A DNA stretch of 62,942 nt, filler included, from Fonticula-like sp. SCN 57-25 (taxonomy: Eukaryota): the NCBI GenBank assembly GCA_001724245.1. It is 3 parts of 3 records of this genome, joined end to end, with 100 filler letters (N's around TTAATTAATTAA, not from the genome) between each part and the next. Parts side by side here need not be neighbours in the genome. Positions count along the whole stretch, not along the records: positions 21,274 to 42,262 come from MEDX01000087.1; 2 more parts are not named here. The stretch is one strand, 5' to 3'. Every line of letters begins with the position of its first letter. Position 1 is the stretch's first letter. Below, piece by piece: positions 25,635-39,200 of this stretch. The position numbers and the translations under genes were made by a program. Under the pieces are notes generated by a model. That model worked only from the letters and a program-made list of their open reading frames with translations. It was not told the origin of the DNA and made no database searches.

Positions 25635-28600
25635 CTAGAATCCTCTAACATTTGTAAAGCGGTTCCGCTTGAAAAAGGCGCGCAGCCCGAGGTAGTCCGC
25701 CACCCAGCTGCCCGACGAGCCGACCTCGATGAGCGTGTTGCGGTCCATGTACGCGTCGCGGCCGGCAAAGACGCTGTCAACAAACACGTCCACAAAGTCT
25801 GGGAGAACATCAGTTTAAAGGAAAGAATAAAAGAAATAAGCGTACCAAGCTGGACGTCGGATGCTGCGTCGGCGCTTTCGTCGTCGTCGGCGCGAATGAT
25901 GACGCGCGCGTTGCCGCTGTACGGCCCGACGAGCAGGAACTGCGGAATGTCCAACACGAGGTCGTGCTTGGAGCGCGACTTTTCCTCGTTGCCGCGCGAG
26001 CGAAGCAGAGGGCGCTCATCGGGGAGCAGGATGCGCTCTAAACAAGGAAAGGTATGAGAAGCAGGGAAGGCGGGAAAGGCGGAAAAGTAGCCAAAAAGTA
26101 GCCAAAAGCAGCAAAAAAGCATCAAAAAGGTCCAAGAAACGCACCGTATTCGACGCTCTTTCCGTCGCCGCTGCCCTGCTGCACCTCGTGGATCGCATAC
26201 TCATCCAGGCGACTGGCATCCACGTGGACCGCCTCTGCGATGCGCTGCTTGAGCTCTTCTGCCGTCATGCTGTCACACCACTGCGTGAGCGACATCAAAA
26301 TATACTATAAAAAGCGCACCTGTCGGCGACTGCAATGCGCTTGTGCGCGACAAACTCGACCTTTGCGCGCGGCCGCGGCGTAATTGGCGTCAATTCCGGG
26401 TTCTCGAGGTACACCGAGATGTGCTTGGTGCCCGGCGCGGCGGCAAGCGGCGACGCCGGCGGCTCCTGCGGTGTCTTTTGCTTGTCATTAGCGCGTTTGA
26501 GGGTCGGCGACGACTTTTCCATTGTGCCGCGCGGGGGCGACTTGGCGTCGGCGCGCTTCATTGACTTTGTGTCGGTCGAGCGCTTGAGAGTTGAGAGCTT
26601 GCTGGCCTGGAGGGCGCGGGTCTCGGCAGCGTAAATTTCGCGCTGGCGAGCGGCAGTCGTCGCAGAGTCATAAATGACCTGGGGAATGTTAGAATACCGG
26701 AAAATGCGGGGAAAGGGAGGAAAAAAGAGGCAAAAAGGTGCAAGAAAGGGCAAAAAAGTGCATAAATAGTACACGAAACAAACAATAAGTATGTCAAGGC
26801 GTACATCTGACGCCTTTTGGATGACGAATCTGCACACTTCCTCTGACCCGCTTGTATTCGCCATGACCTGAATGGGCATCTCTGACGGTGCGAGCGGGCG
26901 CTCATAACAAACATTCATCGCCTCGAGGTCTCCAAACCGCACCTCGTAGAGAATATAATCTTCCTCTACTGCACCCTCCTGCCCCGCCGACGCCCTCTTC
27001 ATAATGTTATTGATGAGCCCCTGGGCCGTCAAGTGCGCGTCAATCGGCACCGACTTGTACTGGTAGTCACGCAGCGACCGCCGCCCCGACGTCGAAGCGA
27101 GCGTCGTTTCCTTTGAAAAGAATACTTGCACGACACCGTGCGGGAGCATATCAACGCGCGAGAATGGCAGGAGCGACTGCGGCGTCTTTTCCTGCGCGCG
27201 GCCAAACATCTTTCTGAGCGTGCCCGTCTTTGGCTTTTCGACCGCCGGCGCGGGCTCCTTGTCCAGAAAAGTGTCCTTGACGAGCAGGAAGCGCATGTGC
27301 TGCTCGACGCTGAGGAGCTTCCAGCGCTCAAAGGCGTCGAGCGGCTTTTCGGGCGACGCAATCTTGCGCTGGTACACAATCTTGTTGCCGGGCGCCACTC
27401 GGATCTCGAATAGGACAATGTTGCTCGCGTTCATCGAAAGCTGCTTCTTTTCAAGCACGGCCTTGATGACTTTTTGCGTGTTCATGTCGGACGAGATCTG
27501 AAGGGTAGAATAGCCGGTGAAGGCCTGGTCTTGCACCACGGTCGTGTCAAAGTGGACCTGCACAAAGGCAGTGCGGACCTCGCGAGAGCGGCGGAGCGCC
27601 TTGGGGATGACGGGGCGCGTCACCATCAGCGACGTCAGCGCTGAAAAAGAAGCATATTAGCAAAAAAAACACGACAGAAATCGACATAAAAATACAGAAA
27701 ACAACACGAAAAGACACGCCAAACAAATGCATTGCCGCATTCCGCATTGCGTACCTTCGATGACTGTACGCAGATTCTCGCGCGAAAAATCGCCATAATG
27801 CTCCGGGTCAAAGAGGCGGTACCCCATGGCAAGTCGGTCCTCCACGTCACCGTACGCGAGCCGCCCCAGCACAGTGACGACATCCTTCAAGTGAACGCGG
27901 CCGTCATGGTCCGAGTCGAAAATGCCAAAAATGCCCGTGAGCGCCTGCTCCTGCTCCTCCGTGTCAATGTCGGTGCGGAGTCGGCTGATCTCGGGCAGAA
28001 AATTGAGGAACTCGCGGCGGTCAAAGCCCTTGGGCGACTGCAAAAAGAGCAGCTTGAGACGAAGCGGGTCAATGTTGAGCATGCTTGAAAGCATCCTAAA
28101 CTGCGAAGCGGCGCGCAGCTGCTTCCGCGGGTCCTGATACTTTTCCTGGTCGTCGATCTGGCGCAGCCCTTGCTTGATGAGCTCGCGCTCCTGGTTCTTC
28201 TGCTCCATTGTGATCTGCTTGAGGCGGCGGAACTGATCGGCGGCGAACGCAGCGGCCTTGTCGGCCTCGATCTGCACGCGGAACTGCTGCTGGCGCTCGG
28301 CAAACATGCGGCGCTGCTCGCGCTTGCGGAACGCAGTCTGGATTGTGACGACGGCGCGGCGGAGCGCAACATACCTTTTACATAAATTAGCAAACACAGC
28401 ATCAACATAAACGTTTGCCCGTACTCGCGGCGCTCGCGCGACATGCGGAAGCAGCTCTGCAGCAGGACGACCAAGTGCGACACCTTGTTCTTGTAGAGCT
28501 CCTCAATCTTTATCTGCAGCTCAAACTTCATGTACAGCTTCGTCTTGCCCACCTGGTAGTCCACCTTTTCCTTGTAGCCGAGCGCCGCCAGCAGCGTCGA

Positions 28601-31110
28601 GCACATCTTTGGTGTCACCTTGGACTTGGCGTTGAAGATGATCTGCCGCGGGTTGATGACCCAGTACTTGCGGTAAAAGTCGTCGAAAGTGAGGCGCAGC
28701 GGGTAGCCTTCCCGCCTAAGCCTCACAGTCTGCATGACACCAAGGTAGTTCAGCTCCTTGGCCACCGTGTCGTCGTGAAAGATCTGCGGCTTCTGCTGAT
28801 CGTTGGGCTTGATGCAGCAGATAAAGTGCGTGTCGCTGCTCTCGAGGCGCGCGAGCAGCAGCTCCAGCGAGTCCTTAAAGTACGTGCCGACCGTGCGCAC
28901 TTCCTTGCGGCGGCCAAAGTCCTTGCTGCTCTTGCCGATCAGCCCGGTGATCGACAGGCGCTTCTTGGAATTCCGGTCCATCTGCGACTCGCGGCGGAGC
29001 GTCAGGTTGCGCAGCAGCGACGAGCTCGGCGTGCGGGCAATAGACGGTGGCCGCGCAGCGGCAGGCGAGCCTGAGATGGACGGGCGGCCGCGCATGCTCG
29101 GGCTGGACGGCGTCGAGGGGGCGGCGTCGGGCGCGGGCGTGATCGGCGTCGCAGCCTCATCAGCAGCTTCCTGCGGCTCCTCAAACAGCTACGCACCTCA
29201 AGGTAAGCACAAGCAAACCAACGAAAGAGTGCCACGAACCGTCCGGATAAAGGCGCTGCTGCTGGCGCGCAGGCAGTTGAGCATGTCGCCGTGGAAGGTG
29301 TCGCTGTTCTTGCTGATAAAGCCCGCGATTTCGTACTCGACCGGCGCCGCAAAGTGCTTAACGACAAAGTGCGTCTGCGCCATCTGCTGGTTGGTCGGCT
29401 TTTGAAAGCACGCGTGGTTGCCCCACTCGCTGCGGATCTTGCCGAGAAGAATCGTGTCGGTCATGTTTTGCAGCATCGAGTACTCGTCAATGAGGTCAAA
29501 GATGCCGACAGGGCGCTGAAATAGGTCAGTTAGATAGGCAGAATAGCAATGAAATACACACCTTTGTGAGCATCGTGATGGTGTCCTTGTTGTCATTGTA
29601 GTCAATGTACTTCCAGTCGATGCCCTCAAACTTGTACTCTTCCTGCTCGACCTGGAACAGCTTGTAGTTGAAGAACTGAAACATACGCTCATTGGCATAA
29701 TTGATGCACAGCTGCTCAAGGCTGTTTGTCTGCTCATCATACTCCAATTAATAAAAATATCAAAGTCAATAGCGCGTACGGGAAAGTTTTCAAAGCCAAA
29801 AATGTCGAGAACGCCAATGTGAAGCACGCCCTCATTCGCGCCGCCTTCCTCCACGTGCTGCATGCTTGCATTGATGACCCGCACCAGATGCGTCCACAGC
29901 TTGTGGTAGAGCTCCTTGGCAAGCGCATCGCGCGCGTCCGACGCCTGGGCCGCGGTAAGGTTCTTTTGAATGCTGTCGGCATTGGCGTCGCTGAGCAGCG
30001 TGCGGCGGGTCAGGGCGGCAGTCAGACTCGCTGGCGAGATATGAAGCAGCTCGGCAGATATATTGACGGCTAAAATGGCAGAATAGTTAGACACTAAAAT
30101 TTGCATGATACTAATCCAAAACACATACCGTTTTCGTTGGCGATGATGGCAGTGTCATCATCGCTGGCGGCAATTCCAATGTTGCCGATCTGAAGAATGG
30201 CCGACAAGAGCGAAAAGATCTGTGACTGCATGACGGCATCAATACCGTGGGCGAGCATGAGCTCCTTGACGCGTGCAAAGTTCTCCTCATCGTTGGTCTG
30301 CTGCGCCTCTGTGACGGACGAGATGATGTACGAGTAGTTTGAAAAGCTGCTGCCCAAGCGATACTTGTACCGCTCTTCTTCAGTCGCGCCGCTCAAGAGG
30401 GCGTAAAAGATGTGGAATGTGCGCTCCTGCTCGCTGCGCATCACGATGCGCGATTTCTCGAGCAGGTACGACGTGATCGTGGCCCCCCTCAGCTTTCCAA
30501 ACCGGTCAAACTGAATAAACATAAACTTGCCAAAGCGCGACGAGTTCCTGTTGCGGATCGTCTTTGCGTTGCCAAACATCTCAAGCAGGTGCCCCGCCGA
30601 GACGAGCTGTCCCTTCACGCGGACATCGCCTCGCCCCGCGAGCTGCGACAGCGCCGTGACAAAGTAGGTGGCGGACTCGGTCTTTCCGGCACCACTCTCG
30701 CCCGAGATCACAACGGACTGATCCTTGGTCTTGAGCAGCATGTTGCGGTAGACGTGCGACGCGAAGCCGTACACGTGGGGTGACTCTTGCAGCGACCCAA
30801 ATGCGGCATAGATCGGGATCAGGCGAGTGTTGTACGTCGGCAGGGTCTAGATCGGCTGCGTCAGCATGCATGCCCCGTGCGGCCATGCGGTGCGTACCGT
30901 GTAGGGGTTCATCGCGATCAGGATGCTCCCAATGTAGGTGTACACCTGGTCCGCCTGGAATCGGACCTTGAGGTTGGTCAAGATCCCGTTCTCGTCAAAC
31001 GAAGACAGGCGCGCGAGATCGGTCTGGCCGATCTGCATCGGCGACGCAAGCGCCCGCAAGGTCGCCATCTCGGCCACCGCGGCGGACGCCTTCACTTTGG
31101 CCGCCAGCAT
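25635..31110 (-). CDS. unconventional myosin: motor, two IQ motifs, EF-hand module and three Ras-association-like domains
   Basis: [15 protein letters not shown]-loop [37 protein letters not shown] and [11 protein letters not shown] motifs LLQSCFR and IQTAFRK. EF loop FDSDHDGRV. Repeated tail units ending [21 protein letters not shown] and [11 protein letters not shown]. Stop TAG at 25635-25637. Confidence 0.88.
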
Positions 31111-31988
31111 GGCCCAGAGACTGCCGGATCGGGCGCGGCCACCAACAAACGCGGGATTCTAAGTATGGTGCGACCAAAGTGACACGGTGATTATAGGTCA
31201 CTTGGATCCATAGATTTGGAATGTGGATGGTCACTCGTCGCACACCTCGGCGATAAGTGTAGATGACGCGATCAAGTGGGCGGAGCGGCAGCCTAGCACA
31301 CGCTCTTCCTGTACTACGGCCGCATAGCTGTCGTACTTTTGTTGCATTCTGAGCATAACGAGACACGGTGAGCTGAGGCTCGTATCGGTAAATCATAAGC
31401 GGACGCCGTCACCCCTGGCGGACGCTGACGTTGCATTTAACTCTATAAAGTCACTCTCTCTGCTACCGCGGCTGGATCTCTCATGACGCGATGGCTGCCT
31501 TTGAGGAACATGGTTCCGGGGAGGAGCACTGCGTACTCGCGCATGTGAACGAGCAAGGCGTGGAGGTTCACACCCATCCGCCGCGGTTCCAATTGCTCGA
31601 CTGCCTCCTTCCAGAATGGCTTTCGCGATTCTTTTTGGCCCTGCTCGGCGTAACACTTTCGCCAGCGACCTTATCAGACCATTTCGAGCCGTTGTTAAGC
31701 GTGTCGCTGTTTGGCTTTACTGTCGCGCTGTCCGTGGAGAACGACAGAGGGATTCAGGTTGTGGGTTGATTATTATGATTGTAGATAGCCGTCGCTTGCA
31801 GGTTTGGCCTTATTATTGAGCCATTTGCAACAATAATGGCTCTTTTGTTTCAGTAAACACAAGTGCATATTGTCATTTATAGTAGTCTGTTGAAATACAT
31901 CTTTGCTGCATTGTCCTACAAGTGTCCCTTGACTTCTGCTTGACTTCAGCTTGACCAGCAATCTGCCCCTGAATCACACCCTATTGCA

Positions 31989-33181
31989 ATGGAGGTCAGC
32001 GAATCGAGGTCGCGGCGGCGGTTCCGCGACATTGATGTGTTTCCCAAAGTAGAGGAAAACTATCAGCAGCGCAGCTCATGGGGAGGCCTTGGTATGTTTT
32101 GTTTCTTTTTTCGATCGCGCCGTTCTAACTTGACCCAAAGTGACGACGGTCGTCATCGGCCTTGTGCTTGTGATCATGGTGAGCGAACTGCTCTTCTTTG
32201 AGAGCAAGGTCCTCACGTACCAGTACTCTGTTGACCCCGCTGCCTCTGGCCAGCTTCAAGTGAATATGGACATTTCGATTGCGATGCCCTGCGACGCGAT
32301 CACAATCTCCGCAGCCGATGTCGCCCATACCGCCTTCAACATCCAACCCTTCATCAGGCGGGAGCCGACGGCTTTCAGCGCCATCGACTTCACCGGAGGT
32401 ATCGATTTCAACAAGCTGGAAGGCGGCGTGTCGTCGCTTATCCGCGCTGCGCGGAGAGCGCGCGAGCAAAGGGAAAAGGGCGGCGCCATCGCGGGATGCC
32501 GTCTGCATGGCGTCTTTTACATCAACAAGGTGGACGGCCTCATCTCGATCGCCCCAGCCGGGCACGGCGGCGGCCACGGGCACGGAAAGCACGTTCCTCA
32601 CAACCGTATGGGATACTCAACGCGCATTTATTCTTTGATATTTACCTGTTTTTGATAGTTATGAACGTCACGCACCGCATCGATCGCCTTTCCTTTGGCG
32701 AGAACTTTCCCGGCGTGATCAACCCGCTTGACGGCGCCGTCGAGGTCGCCGACTCGCGTGCGTCTCTTGAGACTTTTTTTCTCTGTTTCCTGATTTGTTT
32801 CTTTATTCGCAGCGTTCTACATGTACCAGTACTTCCTTTCGCTGGTCCCGACCGTCTACCAGGACTCGCGCGGCAACCTGCTGCACACGAACCAGTACGC
32901 CGTGACGGACCACGCGCGCGAGGTGGACCACTCCAAGGGGAGCCACGGCACGCCAGGCCTCCTCTTCAAGTACAGCATAGAAGCGATTCGCGTGACCATT
33001 CAGGAGCAGCCGTTCTCGTTCCTGCACACCCTCACGCGCCTCTGCGGTATCATCGGTGGCGTCTTTGCGACCGCGGGTGCGTCCGCCGACGAGCACAATA
33101 GTAGCAGAGCTAACTTTTCTTAATTTAGGTATTATCCACAGACTGGGAGGCGGCCTCCTGGGCCTCGTCAAGGGCAACTGA
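31989..33181 (+). CDS. ERGIC2: ERGIC2/Erv41-type ER-Golgi cargo receptor subunit
   Basis: FRDIDVFPKV, a TM helix, LQVNMDISIAMPC, GCRLHG..INKVDG, NVTHRIDRLSFG..NPLDG, YQYFLSLVPT, PGLLFKY and RLCGIIGGVF. The Cys-rich Erv46/ERGIC3 insert is absent. Confidence 0.8.
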
Positions 33182-33252
33182 AAAGCCGCGCGGCGGTTCT
33201 TTGTTTCAAAAGAGCGAAGTTTATGTATGATAATGAAAACAAGGATACACAA

Positions 33253-36200
33253 TCACTGTTGAATTGACTGTTCAAAAATGGCGCGCGTCCGAACGTGCAA
33301 ATTGTAATTGTCGACGCGCAGCTCGATGAGCCCCTCCTTCCTGAGCTGCTCCGGGTCGTCGAGCCAGTGCAGGATGCGCGCCGGCTCGGGCTGTAGCGTG
33401 ACGACCACGATGACGTAGTGCACGCCCGCCTTGTCCGAGTGCTGATTGGCCACGCGCCACTCATTGTCGCTGATAATGAGCATGCGCTTCCACTGGGACG
33501 CCTGGCCCTTGACTTCAAACATGTAGCGGTCGCCGCGCGGCCCGATCGACCCTTCGCTGTCGACGTACTCAAAGTCATACCCGAGCCTGTTGTTGCCTTC
33601 ACCGAGCTCGGGGTAGTGGTGTTCGCGCGTGCGCGACACCCAATTGTGCTCGGTAAAGTTGGCCGCGTGCTCTGTGGAGACGACAAATGTCAGCAAAAAA
33701 CTAGAGCAGAATAGATAGTAAAATGGCGCACGACGCATGTACTCGAGGAAAAAGATTTCGGCGATGGCGCCCAAGTGCGAGTCGAGCATGTTTGTTGTTA
33801 TCATTTCGTCCATGGATGACCCCTTGTTTGACGTCTCCATCTCAAAGCGACCAAGGATAGGCTTGAGGCCGCGCATCGCCGACATTTCGCCCTGCAGCTC
33901 AGAAGGCCGCGTGTTGGGCGTCCCGGCGGCGAACTCGCGGTGCAGCGACTCGGGCGTCATGTCGAGGAAGCGCGGGCGGTCGCCGCTCATAAAGGCATCC
34001 GACTCGCGGAAGTTGGACGGCAGACGCGGGCGGTCAAGCGCGGTCGGCGGCAGCTCCATCTCGAGGAACTTGCGGCCGTGAAACTCGCGGTTGCGTTTCT
34101 CGCCAGATTCAAACTGATAATAGCAATAGTATGAGTATGGCGTCTAAAGCGGCACGGAGAGCGGCAAAACACGCACTGATTGACCTTCGCGGCCCGGGCC
34201 GGGGAAAGGCCTGCGGTTACTCGACTCGGAAAACATTGAGCGGTGCTGCTCGTACAGGAGCCGCGAGCGGTCCGTCTGGCTCATGTCGCGGATCTTGCCC
34301 AGGTCGGGGAGCGCGCGCGCGCGGCTGGAAAACTGAGACCAGATGCGTCAGTCAAGCTAAAGTCGAGAAAAGTACAGAAATGCGTACCGGATCGCCGAAA
34401 AGGTCGTCATCGTCGCTATACTCGCCCTCAATGTCGCCCTCGATACGTGGCGCGCGCGAAAACTGCCCGTCACTCGCTTCGTCGTGCAGGATGGCTCCTC
34501 GCCCGCGCCTCGGCGAGTCAAAGCGCCGCTCTCCCTGAAAGCGCCCGGCCCCGCGCCCGCGCATGGGCCCCCGCTGCACGTCGTGCCCCGTGCCTTCATG
34601 CTTGCCGCGCACGTGGTACCCCTCGTAGTTTTCGGCGCTGCGGACGGCCATGACGCGCTCGTAGTGGCTGTTGCACTGCTCGTTCCACTTTTCAACGTCC
34701 TCCGAGGTGCCCACGCGCTCGACGGTGAGGTCGCTCGAGAGCATCTTGATCATTGTCGGCCTGCAAAGCAGTGAGCACACGGCGCGCACTACCGAATGAA
34801 GCGTACGTTGAGAGGGTGTGCAAAAGCAGGTCCATGGGAATGCCGGTGATAAAGTTGAGAATGTCAAAGTTAATGGCGAGGCGGCCGTTCCGTTCGGCGT
34901 CGACAAAGAGCATTGGCGGGCGCTTTTTCTTGGCCCTAGCGCACACGTAAGTAAACAAAACCATAAAAAGGCGGCCGTACTCTTGCAGGAAAAAGAGCTC
35001 TGGCGTGTCTGCCTCGGCGATCTGCTGCTTGCGCACGCGGAGGGATCGACGCACCATGAGGTCGCGGACGTCGTACACGAGCAGGTGGTTTGCCAGCCCC
35101 TTGAACCTCTCCTGCACGTCGATCTGTGCCTCGGTCGTCCCCTCCTCCTGCTTGACGTGCAGGCCGAGCACGAGCGAAATGGCGCGGCGGTACATGATTG
35201 ACTTTGCGTGGTTGATGGCCGGAGCCGTCTTCCAGACCATCCAGGACGACATGAACGCCGACGCCGGGATTGCGTCGAGCGAGAGAAGCAGCGTTGGCGC
35301 CCACTGCGAGATGAAGCGGTCAATGATGCCCGTCGGGAAGAGCATCTCTTTTTGCAGGACCTCGCCGAATGCGGTCCACACGGCGGGGTTGTCGAGGAAC
35401 ACGGGGCGGCTGAGGTCAGCGACCTGCGCAAGGAGCCACACGCGCGCGCCTTCCTGCGCGCCCTCAAGCAGCAGCGGCAGACCGACCAACTCGGTCAGGC
35501 TCGCACTGTCGTCTGTTTCGAGTACCGTGTTGATCGAGCGGTACACGTGGGCGAGCGTCGTGAGCGTCTCGTTCTCCGCATCGAGCGTGTCGGCCGCGCG
35601 GTCCGCCTGAAGCTCCGCGAGCCGCTCAGGCGCAAGCAGCGGCAGCGCCTTGAGCTTCCGCATGGCAGTCGTGTGGTCGGCCAGCGTGAGCGTCTTGCTG
35701 ACAAGGAAAACGGTTGTGAAAAGCGCCTCGAACGCGGGGTCGACGGCGGAGGCCAGCACGAGGCCGGCGTGGCGGGCGATGGCGGCGTCGCCGCTCCAGC
35801 GCGCAAGGTCACGCGGCACGAGCATGTCGTCTTCCGTGCCTGGCACCGCGGCATTCATCCAGAGGTAGGGGAGCGCAAACTGGATGCCTTCAAGGTCGCC
35901 GCGGAGCAGCGCGCGGTGCAGCTGTGCGTACAGGGCGTGCCACGTGGTGGGGTTGGGGCACTTGTGCTCGGCGACCTGCATAAGGCACTCGCACATCTCC
36001 TGCGGCGTCTGCTTCCAGGCAATGCCGAGAAGGTCGAGAAGCGGCTCGCGCTCAATGGGAACGGCGGCGTAGTGAATGTACTCGCCACAGAGCGCCTCAA
36101 AGTGGCGCTAAAGAGTGTCAGCAAAAGCACGATATACATCATTGAGCGTACACGCGAATAGAGACGCTTGCGACTGTAGCGCGTTCCGTCCTCGGCAAAA

Positions 36201-39200
36201 GGTTTCAGCGACTCCAGTCTCTCACGAATACGCGGCGTGTCGAAAAAGACGTGGAACCACTCATCGACAACCGAGATGAGGCGGCAGTACGCGTCAAAGT
36301 CTTCCGCGGCCGCGTCCAGCAAACGATCCAGCTCGGCGGACGGCACAACAGACTCGTCCGGCTGCAGCAAAAGGCGAGGATAGCGACCAATACCAAGCTG
36401 TAAGCAACGTTTAGCAACTTTAACTAGCACTGCTACCGCGCGCGTACCTTTGCCAAGAATGTGATCCACTCGTCGAGCCCATCTCCGTCCGACGGCAAAA
36501 GTGCCATGAATCCGGCATCCGCGACGCGCACTTCACACACGCCGTCAAAGACGGGCCTCACGTGCGGGAGGTAGAGGTCGATTGGCCGGCAGAGCTGCCC
36601 GCGCTGGTCCGGAACCAGCAGCAGTGAGCCAAGGGCCTCGGCGGGCTCCTCCGACCCCGTATCCAGAAGGCTGACGTGCCGGCGGACGTACTCGAGGAGC
36701 AGCCAGAACGCCTTGCGCGACGGCGCGCTCTGCGGTAGGATCTGCACGACAAACTTGGCGAGCGTGCGGTCGTCAGGGACGGCGATGCCGAGCCGTGCCA
36801 GAAAGGTCGTTGTGCGGCTGTTGACCGTCTCAGGGTCCATGAGATGCGGCGCCGCCCACGCGCGCAACGCATCGGCGTCCGGCGGCAGAGATTGAAAGAT
36901 GGCCGCTTTCCTGTCGTGCAGCGCCACCAGCGAGCCGTCGGCGAGGCGAAGACACGCCGTCTTAGCCAGCTCGACCGCGTGCTCGTCCAGGTCATCCAGG
37001 CGGGTCTGCAGGAGCTCGTAGACCGTAGCGAGGCTCTCAGACGGCTTACTGGCCAGAGGGACTGCCTTGAGCCACGCGACCACATCGCCGACGCCAAGCT
37101 CGCGGACGTGCAGCTTGCGCATCGCCAGGTTGCGGTCAAACGACTCGGCGACCCACTCGCGGCCAACGGCAACCAAAAGCTCTTCGTTGCTGATGAGGTT
37201 CTCTGCGCTACGGTAAGTCACCAAGCGCTCGCTATTTGTGCGTACCGTATCCTGGCGCTGTCAGGAGCACGTCTTTTGGGGCGGCGAGCTTGCCCGACAC
37301 GGTCGGGATGCACGCCTCCGTCGCGATGAGGTTCCACAGCTGCTCGACCATGGCGCGCCAAAAGTTGTCCGAAACGTCGTCGGGAGACGGCAGGAACACA
37401 TGCATGAGCGAGCGCACGTGCTCGTCGGCGTGCAGGCACTCGACGAAAAAGGGCGCAATCTGGTCGCGCAGCCAAAGATTGACCGGCTTGCCGTGGTGAA
37501 TATCCTGCCGCGACGTCACAAGCTCAAAGTCGGCCTGCACGATAAAGCGCAGGCCGGCCTGTTTCACAGGGAGGTAGCAGAACACAAACTGGCCGGGGTA
37601 CGTCGACCCGGGCGGGAGGACGGGGAAGGCAAGCGCAAGCTCGGCGACCATCGGGCGCGACTCGTCCTGCAGCAAAAAAGGCGGCACAGTCAAGCGCTTG
37701 CGATGAACCCTGCACACAAAAAGGCAAGTTAATACACTCTTCGCGTCTATTTTGAACGCATTTTTACGTACTTGAAGTTGAGCCGCGAGTGCTCGCCGGT
37801 GGCCATGTTTCGAATCGAAAGAGTCGTCAGCAGGTCTTCGCGGGGCGACACAAGCTCGATTTCCTTGGCAAACGACGTCTCGACGCCGTCGTCATTGAGC
37901 GAAATGAGCGTGACGCCGAGTCGACGGAGGCGACGAAGAAACAAGAGGATGTGGTCGACGCCGCCGACGTCGGCCATGATCTCCTTGTCGAGCTGGTGGT
38001 CGGCGCGCAGCGGCAAAAAGATGCGCGTGTCCTTCCACCCGCTACCGTCCTCTGCAAACTGCCACGTCGGGACAAGGGAGGCCAAGTCGCCGTCGGACAG
38101 GTTGGACGCCGGCTGCGGAACAATGTGTCCCAGCGGCGCCTGCGAGTCAAAGTTGAATGCAAAATTGCGCGAAAAGATAAACGGCCGGTCAGAAACTTTA
38201 AACACCGACTTGAAGCCAACGCCCTTGCGGCCAATGTGCACTTCGGCGTCCGTCTTGGTGGAGCCGCCAATGTCGCACAGCGCGACCACGTTGGCATTGC
38301 GGAAGCCAACCTCGTTGTTGGACGAGAGCACATAGCCACCCGTGGGCCGCAGATTAAGCTCGAGGTGAAAGCTCGGGAGAACCTGGCTCTCGTACGAGTT
38401 GTCGTCGGCGTTCTGGATGAGCTCGACCACAAAGCGCGATGATGACGAGTAAATGTCGGACGCAAGCTTCTGGATCGCGCTTGTGAGCGTTGTGTGCAAA
38501 CTCGAAAGGCACCCGCTCATGTGCGGCGGAATGTCCAGGTCAAAACCGCGACGGCGGCGCAGCCAGGCAATGAGGTCGCGTGGGTTGAGCGCCTCAATGT
38601 CGCTCTTGGAAAGGTTCTCGGTGATCGGGGGCGATGCGTCGGGAGGCGAGGGTGCAGCGGCGGCCGCGACGACAACACTAGTTGACGGTTCAGCAGAGAC
38701 ACTGACAGGCGCAGTGTGTGGCTGGCTCACAGGCAATGCTGGCGCTACAGCGGCAGCGGCGGCGGCTCGCTGGGCGCGAAGGAGCAGATGTTCGAGGCGC
38801 TCCTTCTCCCCCATCATGTCTTTCAGCTGCTCTTGGCTGCGCTCCAGTTCAGCGTCAAGCGCTTCAATGCGTTGTTCGGCGTCCTTCAAGCGACCTGCGT
38901 AAATCTCGACGGTGGCTTGATACTGCTTGAGCACCTCCTCGGTGACGCGCTCGTCCGTCGCGGCGATCTGCGACGCCAGCGTTTCCATCTTTTTTACGGT
39001 GAGCATCGTCTTTTCGTGCCAACCACGCTGTTTTTCAAGTCGCGTCGTGCGAAGGCGCATTTCGGCCAAGTAGGCAACCTGCGCGATCGCCGTCGCATTC
39101 AAAAATTCAGTCATTGCCCTACCACATGTGTGAGAAAGTGGCCACGTGAAGGGGAGAGAGCGCGCACTTTTCCGCCTGGGCTTGCGCCCGTGCCGCGCCG

